Assembly (NCBI GenBank): GCA_001724265.1
Contig: MEDY01000212.1
Span: 1-64,000, forward strand
Direction of reading: 5' to 3'
DNA length: 64,000 nt
DNA from: Rhizaria sp. SCN 62-66
Taxonomy: Eukaryota
The translations under genes were made by a program, and so were the position numbers. Of the stretch, positions 1 to 14,573 are shown in pieces. Each line of letters opens with the position of its first letter. Position 1 is the first letter of the stretch. Under the pieces are notes generated by a model that had not been told where the DNA came from, did no database searches, and saw only the letters and a list, made by a program, of their open reading frames with translations.

Positions 1-2
1 TT

Positions 3-3000
3 TTCCACACGTCGTACCCCGCCAAATATACTGTGTCTGCAGTACTTGACGTCACCAACTCATCGCCGTCGCCTATTTCACTGACTCTTCGGCGTATCAT
101 ACTCCAGTCACGTGTGTCAGGATCACAGACAAAGCTTGCCGTGTCGTTTAAAGCTGATTTTGGAGAATGGGACACAAAGGGCTTTAATTTGATGATTGAG
201 GGGCCATTTGATTTCCTTGCAGGAAATGGAAGCGGCAGGTCAATGAATGGAATTGAGTTCACATTTGAGTGTTTTCCTGAGTCGGCGGACTGTGCTTTTT
301 CCACGCAACAGCCCCAGTTTGCGCGTTTCGACTAGTACCGTTTTGAGACGCTTGTGAAAGTGCAGTCTATCGTGTCGGCCTTTAGTAGCGGCGGATCTCC
401 GACTCTAGCTACAGCTCTCATCAACGTGGCCTGCGGTGATGGTCCCGAATGTACGAGCACCGCTGAGCACGAGGTAAACGACTTGCTCCCAGTGCTTCCA
501 CCAGCACTGCCGGTTTCTTTGCCGACTTCAATTGTGGCAGCAAACCCTGTGTCCGCGGAGAACGTGAAGGCATCCAACGCAGTAAACTGGTTTCACTCAA
601 CGTACTCAACCTGCGCCGTGCTGTACGAGCACATTTTTTGTTTCAGCGTGAACGCCAACTCAATATTCCAAGCCAATGGAATGATGGAGTACAACGACGT
701 CCAAGTCCGTGCCACGCGCCCTCTTAACACCATGCTTCCCAGCAAGCTCAAACTCATGGCTACGTCTCCTGACGCAACACTGTTGTTTGTTGGAAATGCA
801 AAGCCGTCGTATGTTTCAAGTAATATTGATATGGTTGAACACACGGACTTGGACATGGGCTCCTTTTACTTAACCTACAACTCTGACTCGGTGTCAGAGT
901 TGTCGGCGCCTGAGTACGTGTACATCACTACTTCGCTTTTCAAGAGCGCAAACCTCGCGTTTATATTCGGGAAGAATCTCGTCCTCCTTGCTGTGCGCCG
1001 CGTTAACGGCGGCAAAGCTTTCCGCACACAGTCTGTCTCCGGACTAGACTCGCTCACAGGCGCGTTTCTCGACGCTTACAGCGCTACTGATATTCTTAAT
1101 CAGGGCCAAGCGACTGTCAATGTGACTACGTCTGATACAGGTAATGTTCTTGCCGGTGTCGCCGATTTCACTGAGTTTAACGAAAAGCAAGTTTTCCCTG
1201 GTGAGCAAGCCGCCATCCTTGTTTTTGCTTTTCGCAGCGGTTACGTACGTCTCTGCACGGGCGCCAGCTCCATCGCTGACGTCATCACAGAGACGGACCC
1301 TCATATGCTGCTGCAGTGCGAAGACGCTGTGTTGGTGTCGCCCAGCTCTGAGATTACCGCCATCACCGCGCTGAGCGGCAACGCTGTGGCGTACGTAGCG
1401 ACGGCCAGTGGTGACTTCTTTATCCTCACGCCCGACGCAGCTGCGCCAGGTCTGATGAATGCCACCAAGTCGCCCATCAACGCCGGCTGTCATGTTCGCT
1501 CTCTTGCTCTACACCCGGCACAGACGCAGCTAACATTTTCCTGTAGTAGCCCGCGTATTGCCTCCATTGCTGTCGACCCCGAGACGGGCGTGCTAAGCGA
1601 GCTCTCATTTACCGGCAGCGCTGACCGTGTGTGGATCGAGTTCCCCTTATGGAATCTTTATTCAATCTCCTACTCGCGCTTTGGCACGCATCTAATGATG
1701 ATTGGCGCAACCGATGACAAAGCAGTCGCGGTGCCGCTCCCTGTCGCGTCTATTGCGACTGTTCTTACCGGTGCGTCTATGCCAGCGGCTGGAGTTAAGG
1801 GATCAGCCTCATTTCAGCTTCAACCGCCGCCCCTCAAGATTTCGAACACTATTCTCGTCGCAATTAAGTTTCCGCAGTCGACAATGTTTAGCAACATGAC
1901 GAAACTGTCTATCGGGGGCTGTACAAAGGTAATGGACGTCTTTGGCAACGTCGTGTACGGGTCAATTCCTCCGGACTGCATCGACCTCAGCCTGCCGCTT
2001 ACTGTAATTGTCACCGACGTCGCGGCGGGCGCTGCAACTATGGCGGAAGAAACCGCTCTGTTCGCGGAGTTTCGTCTCTCGAGCGAGACTACGGGCGTCT
2101 CTGTTTCTCCTGAAATGTGGGAGGTGGCGCCGACGCTGTTCAACTCGCCGCGCATGCCGCCGTGCTCGCCGCGCTCACAGAGTACTCGTTCTGCCTTCGC
2201 TCGTACACAACCACGCTGCCCACGGTGCACCTCAATCTCACCATCGGCCGCGTGGCTGACGGCGACGGCCCCGGCATGGACCCCGACGACCGCCTCGCGC
2301 CGTGTCTCTTTACCGCAGCGCGCTCGCGCCACCTGCGCGGCTTTTTCTTTAGCGCTGGAGTCGCGTTGTCGGCTCCGCTGGTCGTGCGCTGCACCGCCGC
2401 CACCGAGTCCGTGGGCAGCAACAGACACATGATCCGAGCCTTTTTCACAGAGATCGGCGCCAAGTGGGAGTCTGCCGCCTTCGCTGTTGCGCCCACGGTC
2501 ACGGTCGCGCTTCGAGTGGCGCAAGGCTCTTCCGTTCTGATTGATCCGCCGACCTTGCCTGTTGGCGTTAAGTTTATGGTGCAGTCAACGTGGAATGTAG
2601 CGCCAGTTGAGACAATTAGCCTCCGACTTTCTGTTGATGATGGCAACTGCGCGTTTGCAGCCGGAAATACGGTAACAGTGGACCCTTGGGCGTTTCATAA
2701 CAACACTCTGACAGACGACCTTGCAGCTGTCCAATGTTCCTCAACCAGCGCGACTGGCGCTTCGTTTGCAGCGGAGCTGATGGTCTCAAGCCAGACTGCC
2801 GCGTTTGTGGAGATGAACAAAGATGCGCGGCCTGTAATTGGCACGCTCTTTATGCAAGGAAGCTCAGAAGACGAGCCCTTTGTTTTTTCTGCCGACGACA
2901 CCTACGACGTTGCGCTTATCGCGAGTCCAACGCCTGCAGTTGCGGTAAAGGTTGAGCTAACTATGACGCGTAACAACATCCCTCTGCCGCAAATGGCGTG

Positions 3001-6000
3001 TTGGATTATGCCCGACGAATTTTCTTCAGTTTCTCTTGTGCTTGTGAATCCGGTTCCAATGAAGATCAAATGCTCGCGTCCCGTGGCGCACGAAGAGCAC
3101 GTTGAGATTCAGCTGAAGTCAGAGCATGGCAAATCGCTCGGATACGAAGTGCTTAACGGCAATGTTATCACTGCATACATCGGCATCACGCAAAGCGTGT
3201 GGCCTACTGACCGCCGCGTTGCTGCGCTGACCACGGCCCGCCTGTCGCTCATTCCTGCGCGCCCGCTGTCGCACAAGACCACTGTCCTGTACGAAGTGAT
3301 AACCAATGACGTGCGCTGTGCGCTTGCCGCAGACAAGACCGCACTTGCACACATGACTGACTCGCAAGAGGCCTTTGATCACGGTGACTTCGGCAGCATT
3401 ATCAGCATGAATAAGCTCACAGTTGAGAGCCCCATTGGCGCCACTGCACTCGACGTCTACGCGCTGTGTGACATGAGCGCCGTGCTCTTCACCGTGCGCG
3501 TGCGCTATACTGTGCTTAAGGGCACGCCGTTGCGTGACACATATATTGGCACTGGAGTGTTTGACCTTGACGTGCGCAACCGCATGCATGTGCGCTCGCT
3601 TGTCCAGCCGCTAGGTGACACTCTCATTGACAACATCATCTTCAAGAACCAGCCCGCTCCGCTGCGCATTGAGTACGCGTTTTACAATACCGTGGCCCCG
3701 GTGCTGCACGTCAATACCGACCACGGCGATGTGTGCAAGATTTACACCGCTAATGGCAGCTTGGCTGGCAGCGAGATTGATATTGCCACGTATGGCTTCA
3801 CTGGCGTTGAGAATGTATTCCTCAAGTGCTCTGAGCCGCGCGCCAATGTCACATTTAGTGTGTCTTGCATGGCTTTTGACGGCACGGTGATTGAAGAATA
3901 CTCCAGTTCTTTCCATATCAATGGCATGATCAGCATGAAGCTGGCATCTGAAAGTAGCGGCATTGAAACCATAATCGCAGGGCCTGGCGCTGCGACCACA
4001 GCATCTGTTCCGCTGTTGGTGTTGCATACGCTATTCTTGGCAGTCACCCCTAGCACTCCGGGTGCGATGCTTTACGCCAACTTTTCAAATCAAAGCGGCA
4101 AATGCCACATTCACGAAGCTGTCGACGGCATGACCGAATGCAAGACTGATGACAATGGTGTGTGTAAAATGACACTTGCATGCGACGCGCCAGCGCAAAC
4201 GCCCCCGTCCGTAATTGTTCACAGTCGAGGTTTCTTTGCGTTTGCGCAAACCGTCTCCACGCCACTGCAGACCAAGGGCAACCTGGTTGTGGAGCAGCTG
4301 GACCTTGCCGACGGCTTTGACCCGCAGCCGGAGGAACCTGTGGTGGTGCGCGTGGTGCAGACGACGACGGCGGCGAGCTGTATGTTTACCTTGGCGGACA
4401 ATGATAAGCGCATGCAACGCACAATTCAGTGGCAACACGTCAATCTTGCTGACACTCTTGTGTTTGGACTTATCTGCAGTCGCCCGCACTCAGTAGGTTC
4501 GATCATTGCCATCGAAACGACCGCGTACATGCCCTACAACCTTGGGCCGATGGTCACCTACGGCCGCATGTCGCTCGAGTTCAGGATGCCCACTGACATC
4601 GTTGGTACCGCTCGTGACGTCACCGACATGAGCGCGCGCCTTGCACTGTCGAACACGCCTGTTGCACCGCAGTCTGTGCTACCTAAGCCGTTTTACCTGC
4701 GCGCCCCCGTAACCAACATGACGACATTCCGCCTGCGTATGCAGCCTGCCGTGGTAACGCTGACAGTTATCAACTTCAAGATGTCATCCGCGGTCTCCGG
4801 CTGCCAGTTCTCCATTGCCAAGCCCGGCGGCGGCTCCGAGCTTCTTGGTGCACAGGCGCAAATTCAGTCCGTGCTGGGTGAGACCGAGCGCGACCTGCTC
4901 ATCTCATGCGATCTACCGAAGACCGAGAGCTTCTACGTCATCGCCGAGATCACGTCCGGCAGTCCCTACGTGCCGCTGGTGTCGCTGCCAATGCAGCCGC
5001 GCGGCACAGTGCGCATGACAACCGCAGGCATCGCTGCCGGCACTGCATTCACGGGCGAGGTCTCCTCGTTGCGTCGTTGGGTCATGCGTTTCGTGCTGAG
5101 CCCGCTGCCGCCGGAGCCTGCCACGCTGACGCTTTCCGTTGTTACAGGCCCGAGCAAAGATTTGGTGTCCAGCTGCCGGTTTTACGGAGAGACGGATGCT
5201 GATGTCATGGATGCGACGCGCCCAAACACTGTGATTTTTACGTCCACTATGGTGACGGTCGGCGTTGCAATGGTTTGTGACGTTTCGCTCGAGAACAGCG
5301 CGTTCATTCAGGTGATCAACAACGAGAATCTCTACGACAACTTCTTCTCCGCGCCGTTCCGCGTGCGTGGCGCCGTGTGGACCGAAGACGCCGCGCTGCC
5401 CGCCTATACTCAGTTCCCTGGCACCGCGTCAACCTACGGTAACGTTGCCGTTGCAGTGCCGCATCCTGTGCGCGTGCGCGTGATGCCGACCTGGCCCGAG
5501 GACGCCACGCTGACTCTGTCCGTCAACACCTCTGTGTGCGGCGTCGCACTGCTGCACTTTGATGATCTTGGCCTGCCGCTGACCGACGGCGTGGCGGTAA
5601 TGTTCAGCGTTGACGTGCTGATTCCGGCCGACCAGGACACGGTGCACATCTTCCTGCTCTGCAGCACGGTCGCGCACTTCGTTTCGGTCACGCTAGGGCC
5701 CCGTGACGCGACCACGCTTTTTGCGGGCGTGCACGTTACAGGCGCCTTCTCCGCGCGCAACCGCTACGAGGTGCGCAGGCTGCCCGACAAGCTGCACGCG
5801 CGCGAGCCCGTGCTGATTGAACTAGGCGTCTTGCCTTCGTACGCAATTATGGGTGCCGGCCAAACAACCGCGGCGCGTGTGTCAACCAACACGGCCTTCG
5901 CAAACTGCTCCGTGTCACGTGCATCTGCTGGCGCAAGCTCCAAAGTGCCGATTGAGTCGGCGTGGGCGTCTGTAAACACGACTGCATCATTCCAGCTCAC

Positions 6001-9000
6001 AATCTCCTCGGTCGATGCGGTCTATCTATGGGTGCGCTGCTGGCAGCACACGGTCAACGGCGCGGGTGTGCCCGTGGAAGGTGCTACGAAGCCATTATTC
6101 AAGTTCGACTACGTCAGCGGCATTGCGTTCCTGCCTACGGCCACGTACGAGCTTGAGGTTGTGTACATCGATTGCGGTGCAATGGTCAAGCTTACTAACG
6201 GGAACGTCATCTATGATGATAATGGCTTTGGGCCGATGGCCTTCCTTGCCCGTGCCACCGCGGTGTGCGAGACTGGCTATGATCTCGTGACAAGCGCAGG
6301 TCAAGTGATCACGTGCGCGACGCTGCCATGCAGCTGGAGCACCACGTGCCAGGCAGCGGGCTGGGGCGAAGCAGCACCGCACTGCGCCATCCACAACTGC
6401 GGCCCGGCGCCCGTGGCGGACAACAAGACAGCGACGGGGCCCGTGTACACGGTCGCCGGCGACAACGGCGCCGCGACGACCTACGGCGCAGTGCTGACAT
6501 ACGGCTGCGCGAACGGCTTTGAGTCAGCGAGCACCACGGCGTCGCTGCGCTGCACGTCCGGGGGCTGGTCGCAGCCCGCTGCGCCTGCCTGCATGGCTGT
6601 GACGTGCCCGGCGCTGACCACGGGCGCCAACACGCTGTAGCCGACGTACAGTGCGACGCCCAACGGCATGCGCCGCTTCGGCTCGACCGCAACCTGGGAG
6701 TGTCTACCGGGACACACGCTGAGCTCTGGCAGTCTCAACGTGACGTGCGGCGCCGACCGCACGTGGAGCGGCGCGCCGCCCGTGTGCCGCACCAACATGT
6801 GCTTGCAAATCTTTCACGACACGTCGACGCAAAAGCCGATCATGTTCTGGTACAAGGACAAAGCGGCGACGGTGGACAAGGTCACCGGGTTCTACTTTGT
6901 TGATACAGTCGCTGAGTACGCTTGTAATGACGGGTACGCGTGGATGGACCCGGACGCATTGCACACGCGTACTTGCGTGGACGACGAAGGCTGGCAGCCG
7001 GTGCTTGCGCCGCGCTGCCTCCCGATGTCGTGCCCGCCGCTTGAGTCGATCTTCTACGGCACGATCAAGCAAGAGCCTGCGGAGCTGGCAAACCTCTACG
7101 GTGTCACCGCAACATACACGTGCGAATACGGCGCAACAGTGACGCCGCAAGGCGGCAGCATCTCGTGCATGGTGAACGGCAGGTGGTCCGGCACTCCGCG
7201 CACGTGTCAGCCAATCCAATGCGCAAACCCTGGCGCGTTCTCGGGCGGCCAAGTGCAGGAAATCGCGACGGGTGTTAATGGTATGTACTCCAACAACTCC
7301 GTCATCGAGTACCGCTGCAACACGGGCTTCAACCTTGTGTACCCGGGCATTGCGCTTGACACCAAGTACTACCTGTCTATCACCACGGGCGCCGGTGTTG
7401 CCATTGAGGTTGGCCGCCGCGAGTGCTCGCCCACCGGCTGGCTGCCCACCCCGCTGCCGCAATGCAAAATCAACGAATGCAGCATGCTGATGAGCACGAT
7501 CAACGTCGAGTCTATTACGTACACTAACGGCAACGCCGCAACAACGCCTTAGTACGGCACTATTGCAACGTACACATGCTCGCCGGGCTACGAAACGCGT
7601 GACATCTACGACGTCGTTGTCCCTAACACGCGTCTCTGCGGCACACGCGACCAGGGCTGGCTGCCACTTGAGCAGCCGCGCTGCGCACCAGTTGACTGTG
7701 GTCTGATTAATCGGACTGAGATCGACAACGCGCTGCCTATTGAATACACGTGGGATGAAGTTGCAATCAAGGGCCCCACGCGCCTCGGCGCCACAGTTGA
7801 CTACACGTGCAAGACTGGCTTTGCGTTCAGCAACGGAAACACTACTTTCACGCGTACTTGTGACGCCACTCGGCACTGGAGCCCCAACGAGCCCACGTGC
7901 AATGACATCAATGAGTGCAACGCCAACGTCTTCGGAGGCAAGTACTTTGTCAACTGCACAAAGCTGCATGGCGCACGCTCGCAGTGCATTAACACGTATG
8001 GCGGCTACATCTGCGTCCCGCTAGTTTGGTGGTGTTACATATGACGCCGTCGAGAACGTCTTGACGCCCAGCAACGCCGCCGGCGGTCAGCGCATCAAGT
8101 TCGCTGTGCGCGCCGGCGCTGGCCTTGTAAGGCCTTACTTTAGCCGTGTTCGCTATCTAAACCCTGACAAAAAACTTTACGATAACCCATCGTGGCTGCT
8201 GTATGAGTGCACTAACGTCGAAGTCAATACAGCAACTGCGTCTGCAAGTGCAGCGGTTGGGTTTGACTACTTTGACGTTTCATGTGAGCTGTCTCCGGGT
8301 CAGGGTGAAGCCCTGTTTGTATCTCTGCAGTATTGCGTTGGCGTTTACGGCAGCAATGTCCCCGACTGCACGCACTGGAACTGGGACTGGCAAGGTACAT
8401 ACAACTCTGTCGACCTGGAGCAAGTGCCGTTTAACGAGCGCTTGCGTGTGACGTACCCAATGCCCATGTTCGTGCCGCGCACACTGCAGGGCGTAACTGC
8501 AAACGGGCTGACGCAGATGACCAACGAATACGTCAGTCAGACCTCGCTCGGTGAGGACGTACTTATGGCGGTCAGCAACTTTTACCTTGAGCGGCCGCAG
8601 CTTATTACAATGCGCTATGGTGAAGCGCTCTCGGCAGACGACTTCCCGTTTATGTGCGATTTCAACCACGCAATGTCGCTAATGTACAGCGGTTATGTGC
8701 TTACGGTTGCGTGTCACACGCAGGACCGTGTAAACCTGATTGATCTCCGCTTCCGTCTTTGCATTGCAGGCCGCTGCGTTATCTCTACAGACCGCTATTC
8801 GTACCCGCAGATCCCCGAGATTACGGCTGTGTACGGCTGCCCGCATGACGACGTGATTAACGGCCGCACAAGCGGCTGCCCTACCGACGGCGGCGACGTG
8901 CGCCTCACGATTATGGGCACAGCCTTTCTCGAGCCATTATCACTCATTATTAGCGGCCATCAGTGTTTGCACATGGAGCGTGCCAACAATACGTTTTTCA

Positions 9001-12000
9001 CGTGCGCGCTGCCGGTCAACACGGGCGAGGCGCTGACCGTGACCGTCAAGGCCGGCTCACAGCGCCTCGAGTCGCGCAGTCGCGTGTCGTACGCAGGCCC
9101 AACAATCACGGGCATTCGTGGCTGCGAAAATGTATCGAATTTGATGATCCGCGAGTGTAACCGCCTGGGCAGCAACAAGATCGAGCTGATTGGACGCAAC
9201 TTTGGTGTCATGGCCTCGACAGTTATGGTTGGTGGGCAGAACTGTCTCAACGTAACGCATGACCCAACGTACCCGCATGAGCGCGTTACGTGCACCACGC
9301 CCCCCGGCTCCGCGAGCGAGCGCACAGTCACGCTAATGCAGCGCTATGGAACGATGTCGCTCGATAACATCCTGCTGTCATACGTGCAGTGTCCGCCCGG
9401 CCAGTATGGCCTTGACATCTTGTGTCTGCCTTGCGAAGCGGGCTACTTTAACGATATGTGGTCGCAAATGACCTGTCGTCAGTGCTCGCCCGGTCTCTAC
9501 TCCAACAGCACCGGCGCTATCAGCTGCACAGTCTGCCCCGCCGGCCAGTACTCCGACCTGGGCGCCCAGTCCTGCGGCGTCTGCGCGCGCGGAAGCTTCT
9601 CCGGTGAGCGCTCCGGTGCCTGCATGCAGTGCCCGCCCGGCACGTTTGCGCGGCTAGAGGGATCTTCCGTCTGCGAGGCGTGCCCACTCGGTGCCGAGAG
9701 CAACGAAGACTACACATTCTGTCGCTGCGCAGTGGGCGCATACATGGACGCTGACGGCACATGCGTCAAGTGCATGCTTGGCGGCGACTGCACTGTTCCC
9801 GGGACGACGATCTACAACATTAAGTCTCTGCCTGGATTTGCGCCCGCAGTAATCCGCTACAAGCGCGACAGCGTTGTGCGCATGCGGTTGTACGTGGCCA
9901 TGCACAGTGCAAACGAGGAGGCGCGCAAAGCGGCGCGTGCCACGGTCACGAAGCTGCTCTACGACGACTCTAACATGCCGCTGGAGCGAATTGTGCTTGT
10001 GGGGCTAAACTTTACCACGGAGGGCGAGCTTAGGGCTGCCAAGCTTGCTGTTGAGCATAGTGCTGGCAGCAGCAGCAGCTCAACTAAAACCGGAAAGCGC
10101 AGTGTTGCCTTTGCTGCCGCTCAAACTGAGGTCTTCCGCCTTACAAACGACACATTAACGCGCGACGATGCGGCTTTAGTTGCCGTGGTTGACGTCGATG
10201 TGTACCCCAGTGTCACCGGTGCTTACTCTCGCAATAACTCTAGTGAGGATCTGTACCTGCGTGCTGTGGAGCAAATCAACCACAACGCCGCCATGTTTCT
10301 GACCCGCAACGGCTTTTCTGCGCTCACTGCTGGCGGTTTTGCGCGTGACACGGAGTTTGAGCGTTTCGCCACGCCGTCGTTTGAGCTGTGCATCAACAAC
10401 GCGTGCCGCGGCAGCGACGTCTGTCTTGAAGGCCACACCGGCAACCTCTGCGCGGTTTGTCTTCCCGGCTACGGCAAGAGCTCAGCGTTTGAGTGTGCGC
10501 GCTGCAACAAGCCCGCGCTGCGCACGTTCATTCTCATTCTTTCCCTCCTTGGCGCAATCGTGATCTGCACCATCCTGGTCTGGAAGCAGATCACCGACGG
10601 CAAGCAGTCGATGAACGAGCTGCCCGCGCCCGCCGTGCCGCTGCTGCTTAAGGTCGCCACGTCCGGTCTGCAAGTAATGTCTATTGCCGCGCGCTATGAC
10701 CTGCAGTGGCCCGGCTTACTCGCTGACGTTTTCAGCACTGCGGACACTGCCGGTGGCGTCGGCACAGCATTCCTGTCTCTTGACTGCTTCCTGGCCGAAA
10801 ACCCCGCGGTGCAGCCGTTCTGGATAACGACAATTAGCATAATGGTGCTGCCACTGGTCGGCGTTCTGCTGCCCGCGATGGTCTTTACGCCGATGTACTA
10901 CGCCGCGCGTCGCCGCTATTGCAGGGAACTGCTCAAGCAGGCCGCTGAGGAGCGCGCGCTGTCGGCTGAGGTTATCGTCGAGCTCAAAGAGAGCGAAAAG
11001 CGCGCCCGCGGTGAGCAGGTGCGCAAGCGCCGCGAAAAGATCGAGCGCGAGAATACGCTCGTGTGGGAGCTCGTAGATGAGGGCCAAGGCCTTGCTGTGG
11101 ACAGCTACAACACATTCGACCCCATCACGGGCAAGACTGCCCTCCGCAGTGTCAACGACAAAGCCGCTGATAGTAGCGCTGCGGATGCCGTCAGCGCTAA
11201 CGGGGCCCCAGCACCGTCAGCCGTGTGGTCGCTGCGCCAGAGCCCCGCGCTCGGCGCCAGTAACTTGCACGCCGACGGCGGCAGCGGCCGCGCTGCTGGC
11301 GCCGGCCGAAAGCGCCGCGTTGCTGTCCGCCAGCGGCCGCGCATCGGGGTCAACTCGGCAGGCGACGTGGCCGAGACGCCACTGCCGCCGCCGGTGCGCC
11401 CGCCAGCGCACTCGCGCCCAGACAGCCACAGTCAGAGTTAGAGTCACTATGACTATAGTGCGACCGACGAAGACCATGACGAAGATGATGAGGAGCTTGG
11501 TGAGTTTGTGGTTGACTATGCACATAACACCGGTGTAGCAAACAACAACAACTACTACAACAACAACAACAGCAGCCCGCTTGTTGCCGCGACGTCACTG
11601 GCCCGTGGTCCCCTTTCTGCCCCCGACTCTAACTCATCCTCCGACCTAGGTGCTGTGCCCATTCTCGGTGACAGCTCTCCAGCGCACAACGTGCAACAAG
11701 CAACGCTGCTTGCTGCCGCCAATGCTCTGCATGCGCGCCACAGCCTCCGTTCCCCCTTTGCGGTTGGCAACGTCTCACCCGCGCTCACGTCTTTGTCCCC
11801 TAGTGCAGCCGCGAATGCCCCTGGCAGCCCCGCGTCCGCCACCGTTGCTTTGTTTGCCCGCAGTCCGCGCCTTGGTGCGCAGACCACTGTATTAGACCCC
11901 GTCGCGAGCCTCGCCGGTCCGCTTTTGCGTGGTCAGTTGCTCTCACAGCTTAAATCGCCCACTCTCGGCGGCAGCAGCCCGCGGTTGCACCCGCATCAGT

Positions 12001-14573
12001 TCCAGCTCCAGCAGCAGGAGCGTTCGGTGACGCGCGGCGCAGCGCGGCACGTCAGCATCGGCGGCAGCCGCACTCACGTAGGCCGCGGCAGTCGCAACAC
12101 CGCTGACGCCGTCGAGCTTGGCAACGCGTTTGCCGCAAACGATGAGGTGTCCTGGCGCAACGAGCGCGCAGGGCAGACACTTTCGCCGTACTTAGCGGCC
12201 GCAGCAATGGACGGCAGCACAACGTGTGACATCGAATTTAAGCGCAACGACTTCATAGACGCAATGGATTTCAACGAAAGCGACGAAAACCTCGACACCG
12301 CAACGGGCGGTGAAGACGACGCTAGCGCCACCGGTGGGACCGATAACACCAAGTTCCGCGTTCGCCACCTTCATTCGTGCTCCACGTTTGCCGACGGCGA
12401 CACTGACGCGCACAACGATAACGACGGAAGTGAAGCGCACTCGTTAGCCGCCGCCAAGCGCCGTATACTGGGCAGGCGCAGCTCTCTTGCCAAGAGCAGT
12501 GCGCTTAGTGCGTCGATTGACAGCGCAGTGTTTTCTCATTCCGACAGCAACTCTGGCAGCAGCGCGACATCGCCCAAACGCAACACACGCGCCCGTCCCT
12601 TGGCCACAGGCAACAGCCACTGCAACGACAACGTCGGGGACGCATTGTTTGTGGATGATGACGGCACAACCGTTGACCTGCGTCAGTACTCGCAGCACGC
12701 AGCCCGCAGAGACATCGACCTCATCCTGGACGACTTCGCAGCAGACATGCGCCAGCGGCTGGATGACGCCGACGCCTCCGAGGGCGTGTACGCAGCCGAG
12801 CTCGCGTCCGCGGCCCGTACCAAGGCGCAGGAGCTGTCCGCGCGTGCCGGGTGGACCGCGCTTTTTAAACAGTACCGCATGTGCGAAGGCGACTTCGACG
12901 ACGCGCGCATTAGGGCCGACGCCAAAGGGCGCGTCGCTGAGGCCACGTCGAGCTTCGAGATCGCCAACGTGCTGCAGGACGCGACCGATATGGAGAACGC
13001 CTACGCTGTCTCCTGCGAGTCCGCTGAGGTCGAGTACGACGCTGAAGTGCTGCGTGACCACACCATCCGCCGCGAGCGCGCAATCGAGCGCGTGCGGGCA
13101 CACAAGCAGCTCACGTGGTACCTGGCAACGTACGGCGAAGAGAAGGGCAAGGAAATGTACGAGTCCGCTCGCGAGCAGCGCGCGCGCGCTGTGAAGCCGC
13201 GTCTCACGCGCGCAGAAATGCGAAAGAAGCTCTACGCCGCTGAGCACGCGCTTAACAACGTGTTCGCCGAGTTTGCTAGCTACATCATCACTGCCATCAC
13301 TGTTGTCATGTTCATGATCCACCCCAATATCACGCGTCAGTTCTTCATGGTGCTGTCCTGTAAGAGCATTGGCGGCATTGCGGACCCCGGCGCTAGTTTC
13401 ATGCTCGGAGACCTCAGCGAGCCCTGCTACTCGGCGCAGCACGTGCTGTTTATCCTCGTCCTCGGCGTGCCAATGCTCATCTTCTGGGTGCTTGGCATTC
13501 CGCTTTTTGCATGGGTCATTCTGTACCGCAACCGCGCGTTGATCCAGGCGCCTGTCACAGGCACCTCAGCTATCTTGCGTGCGCAAAAGAAGGTCTTCGA
13601 GGCGCAGATGGCCTTCCTGTACCGCGGCTACAAACCTACGCGCTACTACTGGTTTCTGGTCGAATTGTTCCGCAAGGTTGCGCTCGTCGGCATTGCCGTC
13701 TTCTTCCCCGGTGCGCTGCACACGCAGCTCATGATGGCGTCTCTGTTGATCTTTGTGTGCATTCTTGCACAGATCTTTGCCAAGCCGTTCGAGAACCGTA
13801 TTCCAGGCGCAGTGGAGTTCCTGTCGCTGGGCACGTCGTTCATGATATTCTTCCTGGCCAACTTCCTCTTTGTCGAAACTGTCTCGCACACCGCCAAGGT
13901 CGTCGCCACCATGTTTATCTGCATTCTTGTCATCTTCTTTTTTGTGGTCGTTGTTATTGCGTTCATTGTGCTGCAACGCGAGGAGATGCAGCTTGCACCG
14001 CTTCGTCGCCAGCTGCGCGAGGCCTACATTCTCGGCCACGACATCCAGCAAGTCATGCGCAAGTGGCGCCAGGACAAGCTGTGCGAGAAGCGCGCGCACA
14101 ACGAGAAGAAGTCTTTAGCACTCGCCGCGGCCAAGGAGCGCAAGCTCGCCGGTGAGGACGACGTCAACAGCGCCGCTGCCACGCGCCGCCGCTACCTCGC
14201 CGCGGCCGCTGAGGCCGAGGCCGCGCTCGAGGTCGCTGTGGCCGACGGCGGCCACGTCAAGCGCGGCCGCAACAACCACGACGAGGTGCTGTTGCTGTCC
14301 TCCGGCGCCATACCGGGCTGGTCCCGCACGCTAAACCTCGTCCGCGACCAGGCCGCCAGCACTGACGACGGCGTCCACGGCCGGCAGAGCGTCGCGGCGG
14401 CGTCGCTGGCTGCCACGGCGGCGGCGGCAAACCGCGTCGACGGCGAAGGCCGTGAGCTCGGCGCCTGCAACGCGGACACGGCGGCGGCGGACGCGATTGC
14501 GGGCGCTGAGGCGAGGCGGCGCAGGCGTGACACGACTGACGACCCGACACTTGTGGTGACTCTCCATAATTGA
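3..14573 (+). CDS. Giant multi-domain membrane protein (5'-partial, >4,800 aa): long beta-rich ectodomain, 8 sushi/CCP repeats, Ca-binding EGF, IPT/TIG-like repeats, TNFR/GCC2-GCC3-like Cys-rich repeats, multi-pass TM C-terminus split by a long low-complexity loop
   Basis: ORFs 33-335, 354-2432, 2117-6640, 6668-7552, 8061-11441 and 11508-14573 join into one frame via in-frame TAGs at 333, 6638, 7550 and 11439 plus two single-base frame breaks (~2156, ~8025). Sushi repeats C..YxC..GY..C..W..P.C span ~6170-7900; DINEC...CINTYGGYIC EGF at ~7904-8015; CPPGQY/CEAGYF/CPAGQY repeats at ~9390-9800; GHTGNLCAVCLPGY then hydrophobic helices; FLYRGYKPTRYYWFLVELFRK motif; ends at TGA 14571-14573. Frame is open to the window edge. 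Confidence 0.85.

Noticed and set aside
8022-8024. TAG in frame with ORF 8061-11441
   Set aside because: The +1 break probably lies just after it (VPLV|GGVTYD), so it may never be in frame; not counted as evidence.
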